This document shows, one piece after another, positions 45,428 through 54,482 of a stretch of 64,000 bases of DNA (its first letter is position 1; the number at the start of each line of letters is the position of its first letter). Position numbers and translations under genes: made by a program. The stretch is from sequence record OU343168.1; one strand, 5' to 3'. The notes under the pieces were generated by a model. That model was not told the origin of the DNA. It did not search any database and saw nothing but the letters and a program-made list of their open reading frames with translations.

Positions 45428-48400
45428 TTAAGCAAAGGGATTGGTATCGGGACTGTTCTCTTCAGGATTGGTCCCATCCTCATTGCCTTCTTCACCCTCA
45501 GGAGAGGTTTCTTCTTCCTCCTCTCCTTCAGTACCTGCTTCAGAACCTTCCTCTTCCTCTATACCTTCCGGTTCTTCCTCTTCCCCGGGAGGGGTATTCT
45601 CTAAGGCGTTCTGATCCCCTTCAGGGAGATTCGCCTTATCCCTGGCTTCTTGAAGGTCTTTATCGGCCTTATCGATCTTCTTGGCGTGTGCCTTAATGAC
45701 CTTAGCGTCCGCATCACGAGTCCCCGCAATCAGGGCTGCCAGGAACTCCCCGACATTCTGACGCTGACTCACAACGGCGTTCACCAAGGAAGCAAGACCA
45801 CCACCCTTACCATCGTTGAGGATGTCATCGAATGGCATCGGGAGGTTATAGCGCCTGAAGGCTTCAACCGTGAGCACTGACTTCACTTGCTCGTTAATCG
45901 CTGTCAGGTTCTTGTTATTCCCTTCTCCATCATCGGATTCGGGAATACCCAAGAGCTCAGCAATTTGTTTCAGGTTACCCGAATGACCCGCCATAGCGAC
46001 CCACGACTCCACCAGCTGACTCACCGTATCCAAACTGTCCTTGAGTTTAGCGGTCGTTTCAACAGAACTGGGGATGGGGAAGTGGGCTTTAAGGTTAGTC
46101 AAGAAGTCGACGAGAATGACCTTAATGATCTCTTCGTCAGACCCTTCCAGTTTCTCCTTACTGTCCGGTGACCAGAGTTTCTTATTCTCCGAGATCTTGG
46201 TCACCAACTTCTTCATTAAAGGCCCGTTCACGTGAGCATGCTTACGTTCGAAGTCAATAATGAAGTCTGCCAGGCGTTCTTGCCAGTTAACGATTTGGTT
46301 CAGGAGCATCTGGTGTTCAGCCAGGGCCTCAATCTGGAAGTTGTTCTGATCGTCACTGACATCCAACCAACTCCGAGACAGGTGGAAGTAGTTGGCGATC
46401 TTGTTCAACAGCTCCGTACGACTATTCTGATCGACCGGGCGGAAGATGTTCTTTTCCAATTGATCGAGCTGAATATCCGAGGCGGGGAAGTAAGGGTTCT
46501 CGCCCGCATTGACTTTAACCGTTAAGGAGTTCTCCCTCAAGGTATCCACAATCATGGGGACTGACAGTTGAGATGTTGAGAGAATACTGTGCAACCGTGG
46601 GTTCGCTTCAAAGAACGCCGCCCTGGTCGCCGCAATCCCCGCAAAAGGCTCTGCGTCGTTCTCCTGGAGGTTAATCGTCATTTGGGTGTGGGGTGTAGCC
46701 GCCTCCAGGTTCGCCAACGCGTCAGCGAGGTCTAAGGCCGCTAAACGGGCAATGTGCATTTTAGCCATTTGAGTCAACGACTGACCAATCCCTAAACGGT
46801 TATAGTTCAAGGCCATATAGGTCATTGCTTCCCCCGGGACATACAAACACCGAATCCCCTGTCTCCGGAAAATGCGTTGCAGGAAGATCTTGTTGGCTTC
46901 CTCATCGATCTCAATGCTGATGTTCTCCCCACGACCACTGAGGACTGACTGCATGTACCGTCGAATGATATTCGATTTCGAGATCTCAATGAACTCGGTC
47001 ATATCGAAATCACATTCTTTCCCTTCTTGGATTTGACGAAGCTGTTGAACCAGGTTGTTCGTACTACCGTTTTTAGGGCGGTTAGCAATCATACTGGCAT
47101 TGCTTCGGTTACTCTGGTAGTACTCGAAGTCATTCGTATTCTTCAGGAAACTCCCATCCCGAGGATCCGTGAGTAGGATAAAATCCGTTTGAGTTCCATT
47201 ACTCCCGTTAATGTGAATCGGAATCACCGCTTCACTGGGAACCTTGTAGGTAATCCCCCGTCCATAGGGTGCGATCTTCAAGGCATCGACGGGTTTACTG
47301 AATTGAATGATCTGACTCACCGGATTCCGTTGAGGGAACAAACGGTTACTCAACTCGTTCAATTCACCTTCCGTTAAGTTAACGGTAGTGGCTTGAGGAT
47401 CAGCAGGTTTCTTACGTTTGCGTTTCTTACCATCCGCATCTGTATAGTGTTGTTGATCATCTCCAGGGTTCGTACGAGCCACCAGAGCGGTTTGGATAAT
47501 AAGGTCCAACCCTTCCGCTCCCGTTACCGCGGCAACATTCGACCGACGTTTACTTTCCTCGAACTTCTGGAGGTACAAGACCGCTGGGTTATCGGTCAGG
47601 GTAATATCAATCAGCTGAGCCAATTCCTTCGAGACAGAGTCTTTATCGTCTTCAAAGATATTGAATTCCACTCCAGCATTCTGAGAAGAAGGGTTCAGGA
47701 AAAGGGATTCTAGACCACTGACGGTGTTATTTGTATTATGACTGGTTCTATTACCGACAAAGACACCTTTGTTCTTCACCCGGACTTTACCGTTGACGAC
47801 TACGAACTCATGACTTAGCATCTCTTTAGCCTGGGTCATGAACTGTTCGTTACCGGCAACATCCCCGGATTGCTCCGCACCATTGATCAAATAATCGAGA
47901 CCTGGGCGACTCAAGTTAAACAGCACATAACTCCCGGTATTGAAGAGAATATCCGCGATCATTTCCCTCAAATCTTTCTCGATCTTATAGTCATTGGTAT
48001 AGTAGCCATCCCAGATGGTGAGGAGTTCATCATGCAATTTTGCATTTTTAATAGGGGATGGCTGGGTGTCGTAGGTGAGGATCTTGTCTTGCTTCCCATT
48101 GGGATAGAGTAGACACGTCTGCCAGATCAAGGTGGCTTTGTCGATATACGGCGTGATTAACCGCAAATCAGTAGCCGCGTTAATGTTGTTGCTGATGATA
48201 TTACTCAGCTTTTCCAGTTTGTAAGGGTTAACCGTCCGATAACCGTTGATCTCATCCTTTTCAGGGGATGAACCGTTACGAGGCGTAGCATTACGCAGGG
48301 TCGCTGCAACCACTGGGTTTTGAGTCGTCAACGATTTACGCAAAGCAGCAAAATCCACCTGCGTGTTACCCTTGGACTGTCTACGAGATGTATCGACCAT
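45428..48400 (-). CDS. portal protein (phiKZ gp129-like), about 990 aa
   Basis: ATG 48400 after GAGG; size, reverse orientation and divergence from a ~780-aa virion gene match phiKZ-family portal synteny; AGNE, SGLE and GAEG sites; acidic C-terminal tail. Confidence 0.7.
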   Translation of the reverse strand: MVDTSRRQSKGNTQVDFAALRKSLTTQNPVVAATLRNATPRNGSSPEKDEINGYRTVNPYKLEKLSNIISNNINAATDLRLITPYIDKATLIWQTCLLYPNGKQDKILTYDTQPSPIKNAKLHDELLTIWDGYYTNDYKIEKDLREMIADILFNTGSYVLFNLSRPGLDYLINGAEQSGDVAGNEQFMTQAKEMLSHEFVVVNGKVRVKNKGVFVGNRTSHNTNNTVSGLESLFLNPSSQNAGVEFNIFEDDKDSVSKELAQLIDITLTDNPAVLYLQKFEESKRRSNVAAVTGAEGLDLIIQTALVARTNPGDDQQHYTDADGKKRKRKKPADPQATTVNLTEGELNELSNRLFPQRNPVSQIIQFSKPVDALKIAPYGRGITYKVPSEAVIPIHINGSNGTQTDFILLTDPRDGSFLKNTNDFEYYQSNRSNASMIANRPKNGSTNNLVQQLRQIQEGKECDFDMTEFIEISKSNIIRRYMQSVLSGRGENISIEIDEEANKIFLQRIFRRQGIRCLYVPGEAMTYMALNYNRLGIGQSLTQMAKMHIARLAALDLADALANLEAATPHTQMTINLQENDAEPFAGIAATRAAFFEANPRLHSILSTSQLSVPMIVDTLRENSLTVKVNAGENPYFPASDIQLDQLEKNIFRPVDQNSRTELLNKIANYFHLSRSWLDVSDDQNNFQIEALAEHQMLLNQIVNWQERLADFIIDFERKHAHVNGPLMKKLVTKISENKKLWSPDSKEKLEGSDEEIIKVILVDFLTNLKAHFPIPSSVETTAKLKDSLDTVSQLVESWVAMAGHSGNLKQIAELLGIPESDDGEGNNKNLTAINEQVKSVLTVEAFRRYNLPMPFDDILNDGKGGGLASLVNAVVSQRQNVGEFLAALIAGTRDADAKVIKAHAKKIDKADKDLQEARDKANLPEGDQNALENTPPGEEEEPEGIEEEEGSEAGTEGEEEEETSPEGEEGNEDGTNPEENSPDTNPFA

Positions 48401-48422
48401 TCTTAACCTCTTCGAGCGAACT

Positions 48423-50744
48423 ATGGACAATATTGAATTTAATGCTTATCTGACTGACGTGTTTCGTCTAGTCAGAACCATGGTCATCAAAATAGAAGCC
48501 ATTGCCCTACGGGATAACAAAGTCCTGGAGGAAGCGGGTTATCCTGTCGGGTTGGATAAAAGGACCTGGCGGTACTACATGAACCTGAATGGGGATTACC
48601 ACCCCAATGATCAGATCATGACTATTACGTCGATTGATACCGGTGACGAAATTGTCTTCAATAAAGACAACTTGGTGACCCATTTAGCGACGGCCAGGGA
48701 GTATGCTACCGGGGGCTATTGGTTCAATCGCTTGGTTGAACGATACCCGGGACAAGCTGAATTGATTCGCGGCATTATCGCGCCGATCCCCTACGAGGAG
48801 ACCATAGAGGCCGAGGACTATAAGATCCTCAAATACAATAAGGCTTTGGTACAGTGGAATGAGGACCAATTGATCCCTCAACTCCAAGCTTGGATCTACA
48901 GTGAAGTGGAACAAGTCTTCCGCCACGAATATCGGTTAACAGATGACTTGATGCTCCCTTTCGGGATTATGTTGCTGTATGCTGATCTGTTCAAAGCCAT
49001 TTGTACCATTCGACATGAAGCCATTGGGACGCGGTACGCCCATGATTTCTATATTTGGAGTCACATTGATTCCTACGGGGCGTTCTCCAAGTACAAGGAA
49101 AGTTTAGACCGGTATCAAACCATGTGGTTGTACCGCAACATTGCGTGGATTGTTAACAACCCCGGCCAGCAGTATACCTTTGGGAAGTTGATGGACAACC
49201 TCCTGACCCACGCTCGTATTCCCCTGGCCAAGTTTGATATGGTGGAGAATACAGCGAATCAGTTGGAAGAATTGGTTCCCAATCCCCTGTACCGTAGGCT
49301 CCAGCTTAACTTGCAGGAAGACTACGGTCGAGAAGCCACGTTTATCGATACCCGACACATGATCGATAAACAACAACCCTTGGCAAAAGAGAACCCTAAT
49401 CAAGCGTCCATGTACTATCACGACGCGTTGCAGAAAGGGAAACACAGTAACCATTCTGAACTGCCCACGAAGACGTTGGAATCCAAAATGATGGATTACA
49501 CCAACCGTCACATCGATACCAAGATGTCGGTGGTCTTTAATGAATGGATTTACTTAACCGCTAAGGGGTACTTTAAAGGACGAATTCTGGTTACCGATCC
49601 TAAATCCGGTAAACAGGTCAGACTCCCGGTTGGGGATGCCTACTACGTGTGGCGGTACTTGGTGGACTTCGCCAGGGATCAAAAACCGGTCAACATCTGT
49701 CCGGCGTATTACCACAACGTATTAAAAGCGGTTCCTCCCACCCTGGAAGCCTTGATTGATATTGGGGGTCCTTCGTTCATTACGCCGATTATGGCGTATG
49801 ACATCCGTAACGTGTGGATTCCGGTGAACACCTTTATTGCGCCGGAATACCTCATGGCGTATTCTGAAGAAGTCTACGCACTCATGTGGAAACACAAGAA
49901 GATGTCGAGTCAGTTCTACGACTTGAACATGCGTACGCGGATGGAGAACACCACGAAGTTCATGTACGAGTCTGGAAACGCCACGATCACGGACCTGACT
50001 ACCTACCAACAACTCTTGAATCGGTATGAGTTCGACTTTACGGAATACACCCCGGAAGAAGCCCGTAACTTTGCCTGGGAGATCTTCAAACGCATCACAG
50101 GTTGGGACAGCAACAATAACCCGTCCTTGAGGATTAAACAGTCAAACCTCATTGATATCATGATGCAGCTGTCGTCTTACACCATCCAGGTCATTAAGGA
50201 AATCGATGACGGTACGGACTTAACGGAGCTCCCCAGTGAGATCTTTATTGGGGATCCCCGGTGGATTGGGAAGGGAAATGGCGCCTTCGGGGATTACACC
50301 CATGTTCAGATGGATGTTCCCACCCATTTCGATGGTGTTCGTACCGTTGAAGAGGTTCATCCCTTGGTTGAACCTATGATCCCTGAGGTGGCGGCGATTG
50401 CAGAAGGGTATGGGGTGGCGCGTAGCGATGATATCTTTGAACGGGTGGATCTCAGCACCAACCTGTTGGACTATGCAGTTCGGATAATCGATGACTCCTA
50501 TTTCAGGTTGTTACCAGCAGATCGTATGGGCCTCCCTGAAACTAATTATGGGCGTCTGGTATTTAAAGAGCTGCATAAGGAAACACTCGTAGGTCCAGCG
50601 GACTATGGTCGCCTGGTGTTTAAGGAGCTGAGTCACCCGACGGTGATTGACCCAGCCAACTACGGTAGGCTGGTCTTAAGAGGGCCGGTTAAGGCGGTCA
50701 CTCCTAGTGGAAGACTTCAATTTAAAGACGTTAATAAGGACTAA
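48423..50744 (+). CDS. virion structural protein (tail/baseplate-associated), about 773 aa
   Basis: ATG 48423; TWRYYMNLNGDYH and HDFYIWSHIDS motifs; divergent from the portal gene; C-terminal YGRLV repeats. Confidence 0.6.
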   Translation: MDNIEFNAYLTDVFRLVRTMVIKIEAIALRDNKVLEEAGYPVGLDKRTWRYYMNLNGDYHPNDQIMTITSIDTGDEIVFNKDNLVTHLATAREYATGGYWFNRLVERYPGQAELIRGIIAPIPYEETIEAEDYKILKYNKALVQWNEDQLIPQLQAWIYSEVEQVFRHEYRLTDDLMLPFGIMLLYADLFKAICTIRHEAIGTRYAHDFYIWSHIDSYGAFSKYKESLDRYQTMWLYRNIAWIVNNPGQQYTFGKLMDNLLTHARIPLAKFDMVENTANQLEELVPNPLYRRLQLNLQEDYGREATFIDTRHMIDKQQPLAKENPNQASMYYHDALQKGKHSNHSELPTKTLESKMMDYTNRHIDTKMSVVFNEWIYLTAKGYFKGRILVTDPKSGKQVRLPVGDAYYVWRYLVDFARDQKPVNICPAYYHNVLKAVPPTLEALIDIGGPSFITPIMAYDIRNVWIPVNTFIAPEYLMAYSEEVYALMWKHKKMSSQFYDLNMRTRMENTTKFMYESGNATITDLTTYQQLLNRYEFDFTEYTPEEARNFAWEIFKRITGWDSNNNPSLRIKQSNLIDIMMQLSSYTIQVIKEIDDGTDLTELPSEIFIGDPRWIGKGNGAFGDYTHVQMDVPTHFDGVRTVEEVHPLVEPMIPEVAAIAEGYGVARSDDIFERVDLSTNLLDYAVRIIDDSYFRLLPADRMGLPETNYGRLVFKELHKETLVGPADYGRLVFKELSHPTVIDPANYGRLVLRGPVKAVTPSGRLQFKDVNKD
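50535..50735 (+). repeat. in-frame tandem repeats, about 19 aa, [ND]YGRLV[FL][KR]
   Basis: NYGRLVFKELHKETLVGPA / DYGRLVFKELSHPTVIDPA / NYGRLVLRGPVKAVTPS / GRLQFKD. Confidence 0.75.
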
Positions 50745-50758
50745 AGGAGAAGAGTCTA

Positions 50759-51157
50759 ATGACCAAAGAGTTGAGACTCATTAAGGAGTCTTTTTGTCGT
50801 CTTCACGGGTTAGATAAGGCAACGGCCTTGAACATTGAATATCAAGGCCGTAATCCCGTCACCCTCAATGCGATGTTCATCCTTCACGGGGACGGCATCC
50901 CTTGCACACGGTATGAACACGAACGCATCAGTTTGACGCCCCACACCCTGAATCGTTCCCTGGACCTTGACAGCAGTCTTAAACTCCACCGTTCTGATAT
51001 TAACGCTGAGATGATCAGCGCTTGGTTTAATACCCATACGAACGAATCCCTGCTGCCCCAGGACGTGGGTAAACTCATTATTGGAGACCGTGTAACAGTG
51101 ATCTGTTCCACGGATTCTATGCGCTTTAAGCACTCCTTTTCGATGGCTTTTAAATAG
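50759..51157 (+). CDS. hypothetical protein, 132 aa
   Basis: AAGGAAG RBS; operon continuity. Confidence 0.65.
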   Translation: MTKELRLIKESFCRLHGLDKATALNIEYQGRNPVTLNAMFILHGDGIPCTRYEHERISLTPHTLNRSLDLDSSLKLHRSDINAEMISAWFNTHTNESLLPQDVGKLIIGDRVTVICSTDSMRFKHSFSMAFK

Positions 51158-51165
51158 GAATCACC

Positions 51166-52113
51166 ATGGCACTTTCTGCTAACGAACTCCAGGATCAGAA
51201 TCGATCTGAGGTTCCCGCTCAGACGACCACGAATACCTCCATGGGTAATCTGATCGCGAAATGTATCGTCACCGGTCAACCGATTACCATTCCCAAGTAC
51301 ACCACGCTCAATGAGCATTATGGTATTCTGGCTGAAGAATCCCTGGGAAGTAAGAATTCCCGAGATTTCTACTTGAAGTATTTCGGGATTGGTGTAAGGG
51401 GATCCAACTGTGATGGTAAAGACAGTCGGGGGGTCAGTCGATTGAAGGTGAACCAACACCAACCGATTGACATGAACCTGTTTACACCCGTTCCCTTTAT
51501 TGCACGTCCTTTGGACGCCCCTTTGGACAACCTTAACCGCGAGAAGTTTCGTATGAGGACCGTGGAGGCTAGAAACGGTATTCCTTACGAGTTCTATTGG
51601 TTGAAGTTGGTTAATTTCGATAACTATAATCCAACCGAAAACAAGATCACTCGTGATCCTGTAACCGGTCTGGAGGATGTTAAACCTTACATTCACCGTA
51701 AAGACGACCTGGATAACCCACAACCGGTTGACTTTACCAGTGAGGGTAACATTCCTGTCAGCAATGAGTACATTAACAGTTCGGCTATTTTGGACTGTTC
51801 GTTGACTCAATCTGATTTGCGTGAGATTTCGCAAGCCTGCAAAATCTACTACGGGGATGCGGGATACGCATCCATCAATGAAGTGGGTGTTGCTTATGGG
51901 ATTGATACTCAATTCCGTGGGGAGATTGCTGGAGGCGCGACTATCCAGTATACCGAGGTTATGAGTGCGGTCTTTGCCCACTACATGACCGAACGTGATG
52001 GTCGCAATGCGCTCTCTAACATCAAGATCCAGCTTGCGTTTGACCACGGTGCAAGCGCGCCTATGCTCTTGCATACCAACTCAACTCAACCCCCAACTGG
52101 ACAAGGAAACTGA
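51166..52113 (+). CDS. virion structural protein (phiKZ gp139-like), 315 aa
   Basis: TTLNEHYGI, LKYFGIG and PVPFIAR motifs recalled from phiKZ-family tail/baseplate proteins; AGGA RBS. Confidence 0.55.
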   Translation: MALSANELQDQNRSEVPAQTTTNTSMGNLIAKCIVTGQPITIPKYTTLNEHYGILAEESLGSKNSRDFYLKYFGIGVRGSNCDGKDSRGVSRLKVNQHQPIDMNLFTPVPFIARPLDAPLDNLNREKFRMRTVEARNGIPYEFYWLKLVNFDNYNPTENKITRDPVTGLEDVKPYIHRKDDLDNPQPVDFTSEGNIPVSNEYINSSAILDCSLTQSDLREISQACKIYYGDAGYASINEVGVAYGIDTQFRGEIAGGATIQYTEVMSAVFAHYMTERDGRNALSNIKIQLAFDHGASAPMLLHTNSTQPPTGQGN

Positions 52114-52116
52114 CCC

Positions 52117-52749
52117 ATGGAAATCCCGGCTATACTGAAAGGAGAAGTTCACCTCCCACTGGTTGAGAATATGACAGCAGGACAGGCAATTGAGATAGCC
52201 AATGCCTTCTATCAGACCACCCTGAAACCGGAAGACTTCAAGGAAGCCCAAGCCATCGTTGATGGTGATAAAGTCATTCTGGACCTGCTCGACCCTGCAA
52301 CGGGTGAGGTTTTGGTGCATTTCGTCAACAAAGCGGGTGTTACACGTAAGCCGCTGGACGATACCACCCTGGTCAATCCCATGGCGGCGGTCGTGAATGC
52401 CGATGAGAACATCATCTGGGCGGGTCCACCGGAGTTTGTGGGGAGCGTCACAGAGCTGGATTGGCTGCGGTATATTACCGACGCGCCGCCGCCCATGACC
52501 CCTGATCCGATGGATTATGCCAAACGGATGGCCACTCTGTTGAATCAGTACAACATTGCGGGTGGTCGGTGGACCAATAACTGGAGTGCGGACCTTCCAC
52601 GCTCTGTGACGGCATTCCACGTGGCATATCGTGGTGACGCCCAATGGGCTCCGTCCAAGTTCATGTTGAATGATCTTGTGTCTGAGTTCATCGTGGTGAT
52701 TTACCTACCCTACGCCCACCCCGCCTGTTACGTGTGCTTTGCGTCCTAA
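52117..52749 (+). CDS. hypothetical protein, 210 aa
   Basis: AAGGA RBS. Confidence 0.65.
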   Translation: MEIPAILKGEVHLPLVENMTAGQAIEIANAFYQTTLKPEDFKEAQAIVDGDKVILDLLDPATGEVLVHFVNKAGVTRKPLDDTTLVNPMAAVVNADENIIWAGPPEFVGSVTELDWLRYITDAPPPMTPDPMDYAKRMATLLNQYNIAGGRWTNNWSADLPRSVTAFHVAYRGDAQWAPSKFMLNDLVSEFIVVIYLPYAHPACYVCFAS

Positions 52750-53324
52750 AGCCCTCTGATAGTGTACGGGTCTTAGCCATAGATCCGTCCACTACCTGTA
52801 TGGGGGTGAGTGTCTTCGACATCAATATTGCTAAAGCTGAACCGTTTAAGTTGATTTACGCGAACACGATCTTTGGTAATAAGTTGTTGTTTGACATTCC
52901 AGCACAATTTGATGATCGCGCGGACACTGGTATTGCGGCAAGAAGTTACGGTATGGCGCGCAGTTTAAGTCAACTGTTAGCTATCTTCGAACCCGACAGT
53001 GGGATCTGTGAGGATAACTTCCTCGGTATGTCTCCGCTTACATTTAAGCAGTTGATTCAAGTGGTCTCCTTGTTACGTGAAACCTTCGTTACCCACGGTA
53101 TTCATTTGTCGTATCTCCTCCCTCGTTTAGCTAAAGCCGTGGTGGGTGCAGATTTCAGTGGGAGTAAGAAGGAGGATGTTCATAAAGGGGTGATGGACTA
53201 TCCGTGGTTAGACGCCGGCGAGATTGATTTGACGGTTCTGGATGAACACTCCGCTGACAGTGTGGCCATTGGCCTCTATCGGTGTGAGCAGATCGCCCGG
53301 CATTACGGTGTCTCAGAGAGGTGA
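52734..53324 (+). CDS. ruvC: RuvC-like Holliday junction resolvase, 196 aa
   Basis: RNase H-fold catalytic pattern VLAIDP...ICED...AKAVVG..SKKEDV...DEHSADSVAIG. Confidence 0.8.
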   Translation: MLCVLKPSDSVRVLAIDPSTTCMGVSVFDINIAKAEPFKLIYANTIFGNKLLFDIPAQFDDRADTGIAARSYGMARSLSQLLAIFEPDSGICEDNFLGMSPLTFKQLIQVVSLLRETFVTHGIHLSYLLPRLAKAVVGADFSGSKKEDVHKGVMDYPWLDAGEIDLTVLDEHSADSVAIGLYRCEQIARHYGVSER

Positions 53325-53328
53325 ACGT

Positions 53329-53700
53329 ATGTCTGAAACAACTCAAGACGATGACCCAGAGCTACCCGCCAATTCTCCTCCTGTTGAAGGAGGAGTGGAA
53401 CGGGAGATCTTTGGTAAATGGAAAGTATTGTTGATTAACCTCGGTGGTATCCTTTCCGTGTTGGTGGTGTGTTTAACGGCACTGATTAACTCGTTTACTA
53501 TTTACCTGTCAGTAACCACCAATGGTAAATGGCCCAGTGAGATGAGTATGTTCATCATGATGGTGGGGCCGGTGATCTGTGCATGGGGGTGGATGAACGT
53601 TAACGGTACCTTAAAGACTATTATGTCTCAATCGGGGTTTAGTAACAAAATGAGAACCAAGGTGGCTGAGATCATTGCGCCTAAACCCAAGACAGAATAA
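53329..53700 (+). CDS. two-TM membrane protein, candidate holin, 123 aa
   Basis: ATG 53329 after GAGAGGTG; acidic N-terminus, two hydrophobic segments, basic C-terminus; adjacent to the spanin pair. Confidence 0.45.
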   Translation: MSETTQDDDPELPANSPPVEGGVEREIFGKWKVLLINLGGILSVLVVCLTALINSFTIYLSVTTNGKWPSEMSMFIMMVGPVICAWGWMNVNGTLKTIMSQSGFSNKMRTKVAEIIAPKPKTE

Positions 53701-53713
53701 ACTCAATAGGAAT

Positions 53714-53745
53714 CCTACCTGTAGCCTTTGCGGGCTACAGGTAGG
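53714..53745. terminator. 13-bp hairpin between convergent genes
   Basis: cctacctgtagcc-tttgcg-ggctacaggtagg. Confidence 0.75.
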
Positions 53746-53761
53746 GTTTATCACGCGTCTG

Positions 53762-54190
53762 TCATTCAGGTAGAGCTAAACTCTCAATTAACACATTGAT
53801 GTTATCAATCAACTGTGAAATGGTACGCTGGCTGGCGTATAACTTCATATTGCTGTCATCCAAGGCCCGGGTCGTATTGATCAGCAGCACTCGGGTAACT
53901 CGATAACAGAGCTCTCGTGCCTCCCGAGAGGGTTTCTCCAAGCAGTCATACTCCAGCAGAAAGGTCGTTAAGCTACTTAACTGACTGGGTGGCATCTCCG
54001 CGGGGGGATTTTTGAGTTGAGGGAGCACTTGGGTCAGCCTTTCCTGAGCTGCCAGGACTTGCTTCCGGTACGTGTTGATCCTTACTTGCTCCGCTTGAAC
54101 CTGGAGGATTGAGTTGGTCTCGGACAGTTTGGGGTTGTTGCTGCATCCCACTAGGATCAGGGATACTAGACAGATTAACATCCACCCCAT
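53762..54190 (-). CDS. outer-membrane spanin (o-spanin, Rz1-like lipoprotein)
   Basis: Hydrophobic signal with lipobox LVG-C; overlaps the 3' half of the i-spanin in another frame; start ATG 54190 or 54181. Confidence 0.65.
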   Translation of the reverse strand: MGWMLICLVSLILVGCSNNPKLSETNSILQVQAEQVRINTYRKQVLAAQERLTQVLPQLKNPPAEMPPSQLSSLTTFLLEYDCLEKPSREARELCYRVTRVLLINTTRALDDSNMKLYASQRTISQLIDNINVLIESLALPE

Positions 54191-54446
54191 ACTTTTCAAG
54201 TAGTTTTGCATAGCCTGAGTTGTCCTCTTCAGTTCGCTGTTCCAACTGACGGGCGAGGGTTTGAGTCAAGGCGGCTGTGGCATTGGAATTGTTTTCCATG
54301 TTGTCAGCCACCCGTTGCAACTGGTTGGTAACGCGCTGAATCCCATTAACCGCTTCTACACTGATAGTGGGGTTACGTGGCACAATAGCCTGCCACGCGA
54401 CAACCGCCAGAATCAATATTAGAACCACGTCTCTAATCCATGTCAT
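53973..54446 (-). CDS. inner-membrane spanin (i-spanin, Rz-like), 157 aa
   Basis: ATG 54446 after GGAGGA; single N-terminal TM (VVLILILAVVAWQAIV) followed by a coiled coil and a Pro-rich tail. Confidence 0.65.
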   Translation of the reverse strand: MTWIRDVVLILILAVVAWQAIVPRNPTISVEAVNGIQRVTNQLQRVADNMENNSNATAALTQTLARQLEQRTEEDNSGYAKLLEKYGVDVNLSSIPDPSGMQQQPQTVRDQLNPPGSSGASKDQHVPEASPGSSGKADPSAPSTQKSPRGDATQSVK

Positions 54447-54482
54447 AATGGATCCTCCTAACGGTATTGGGGTCATAACAGG

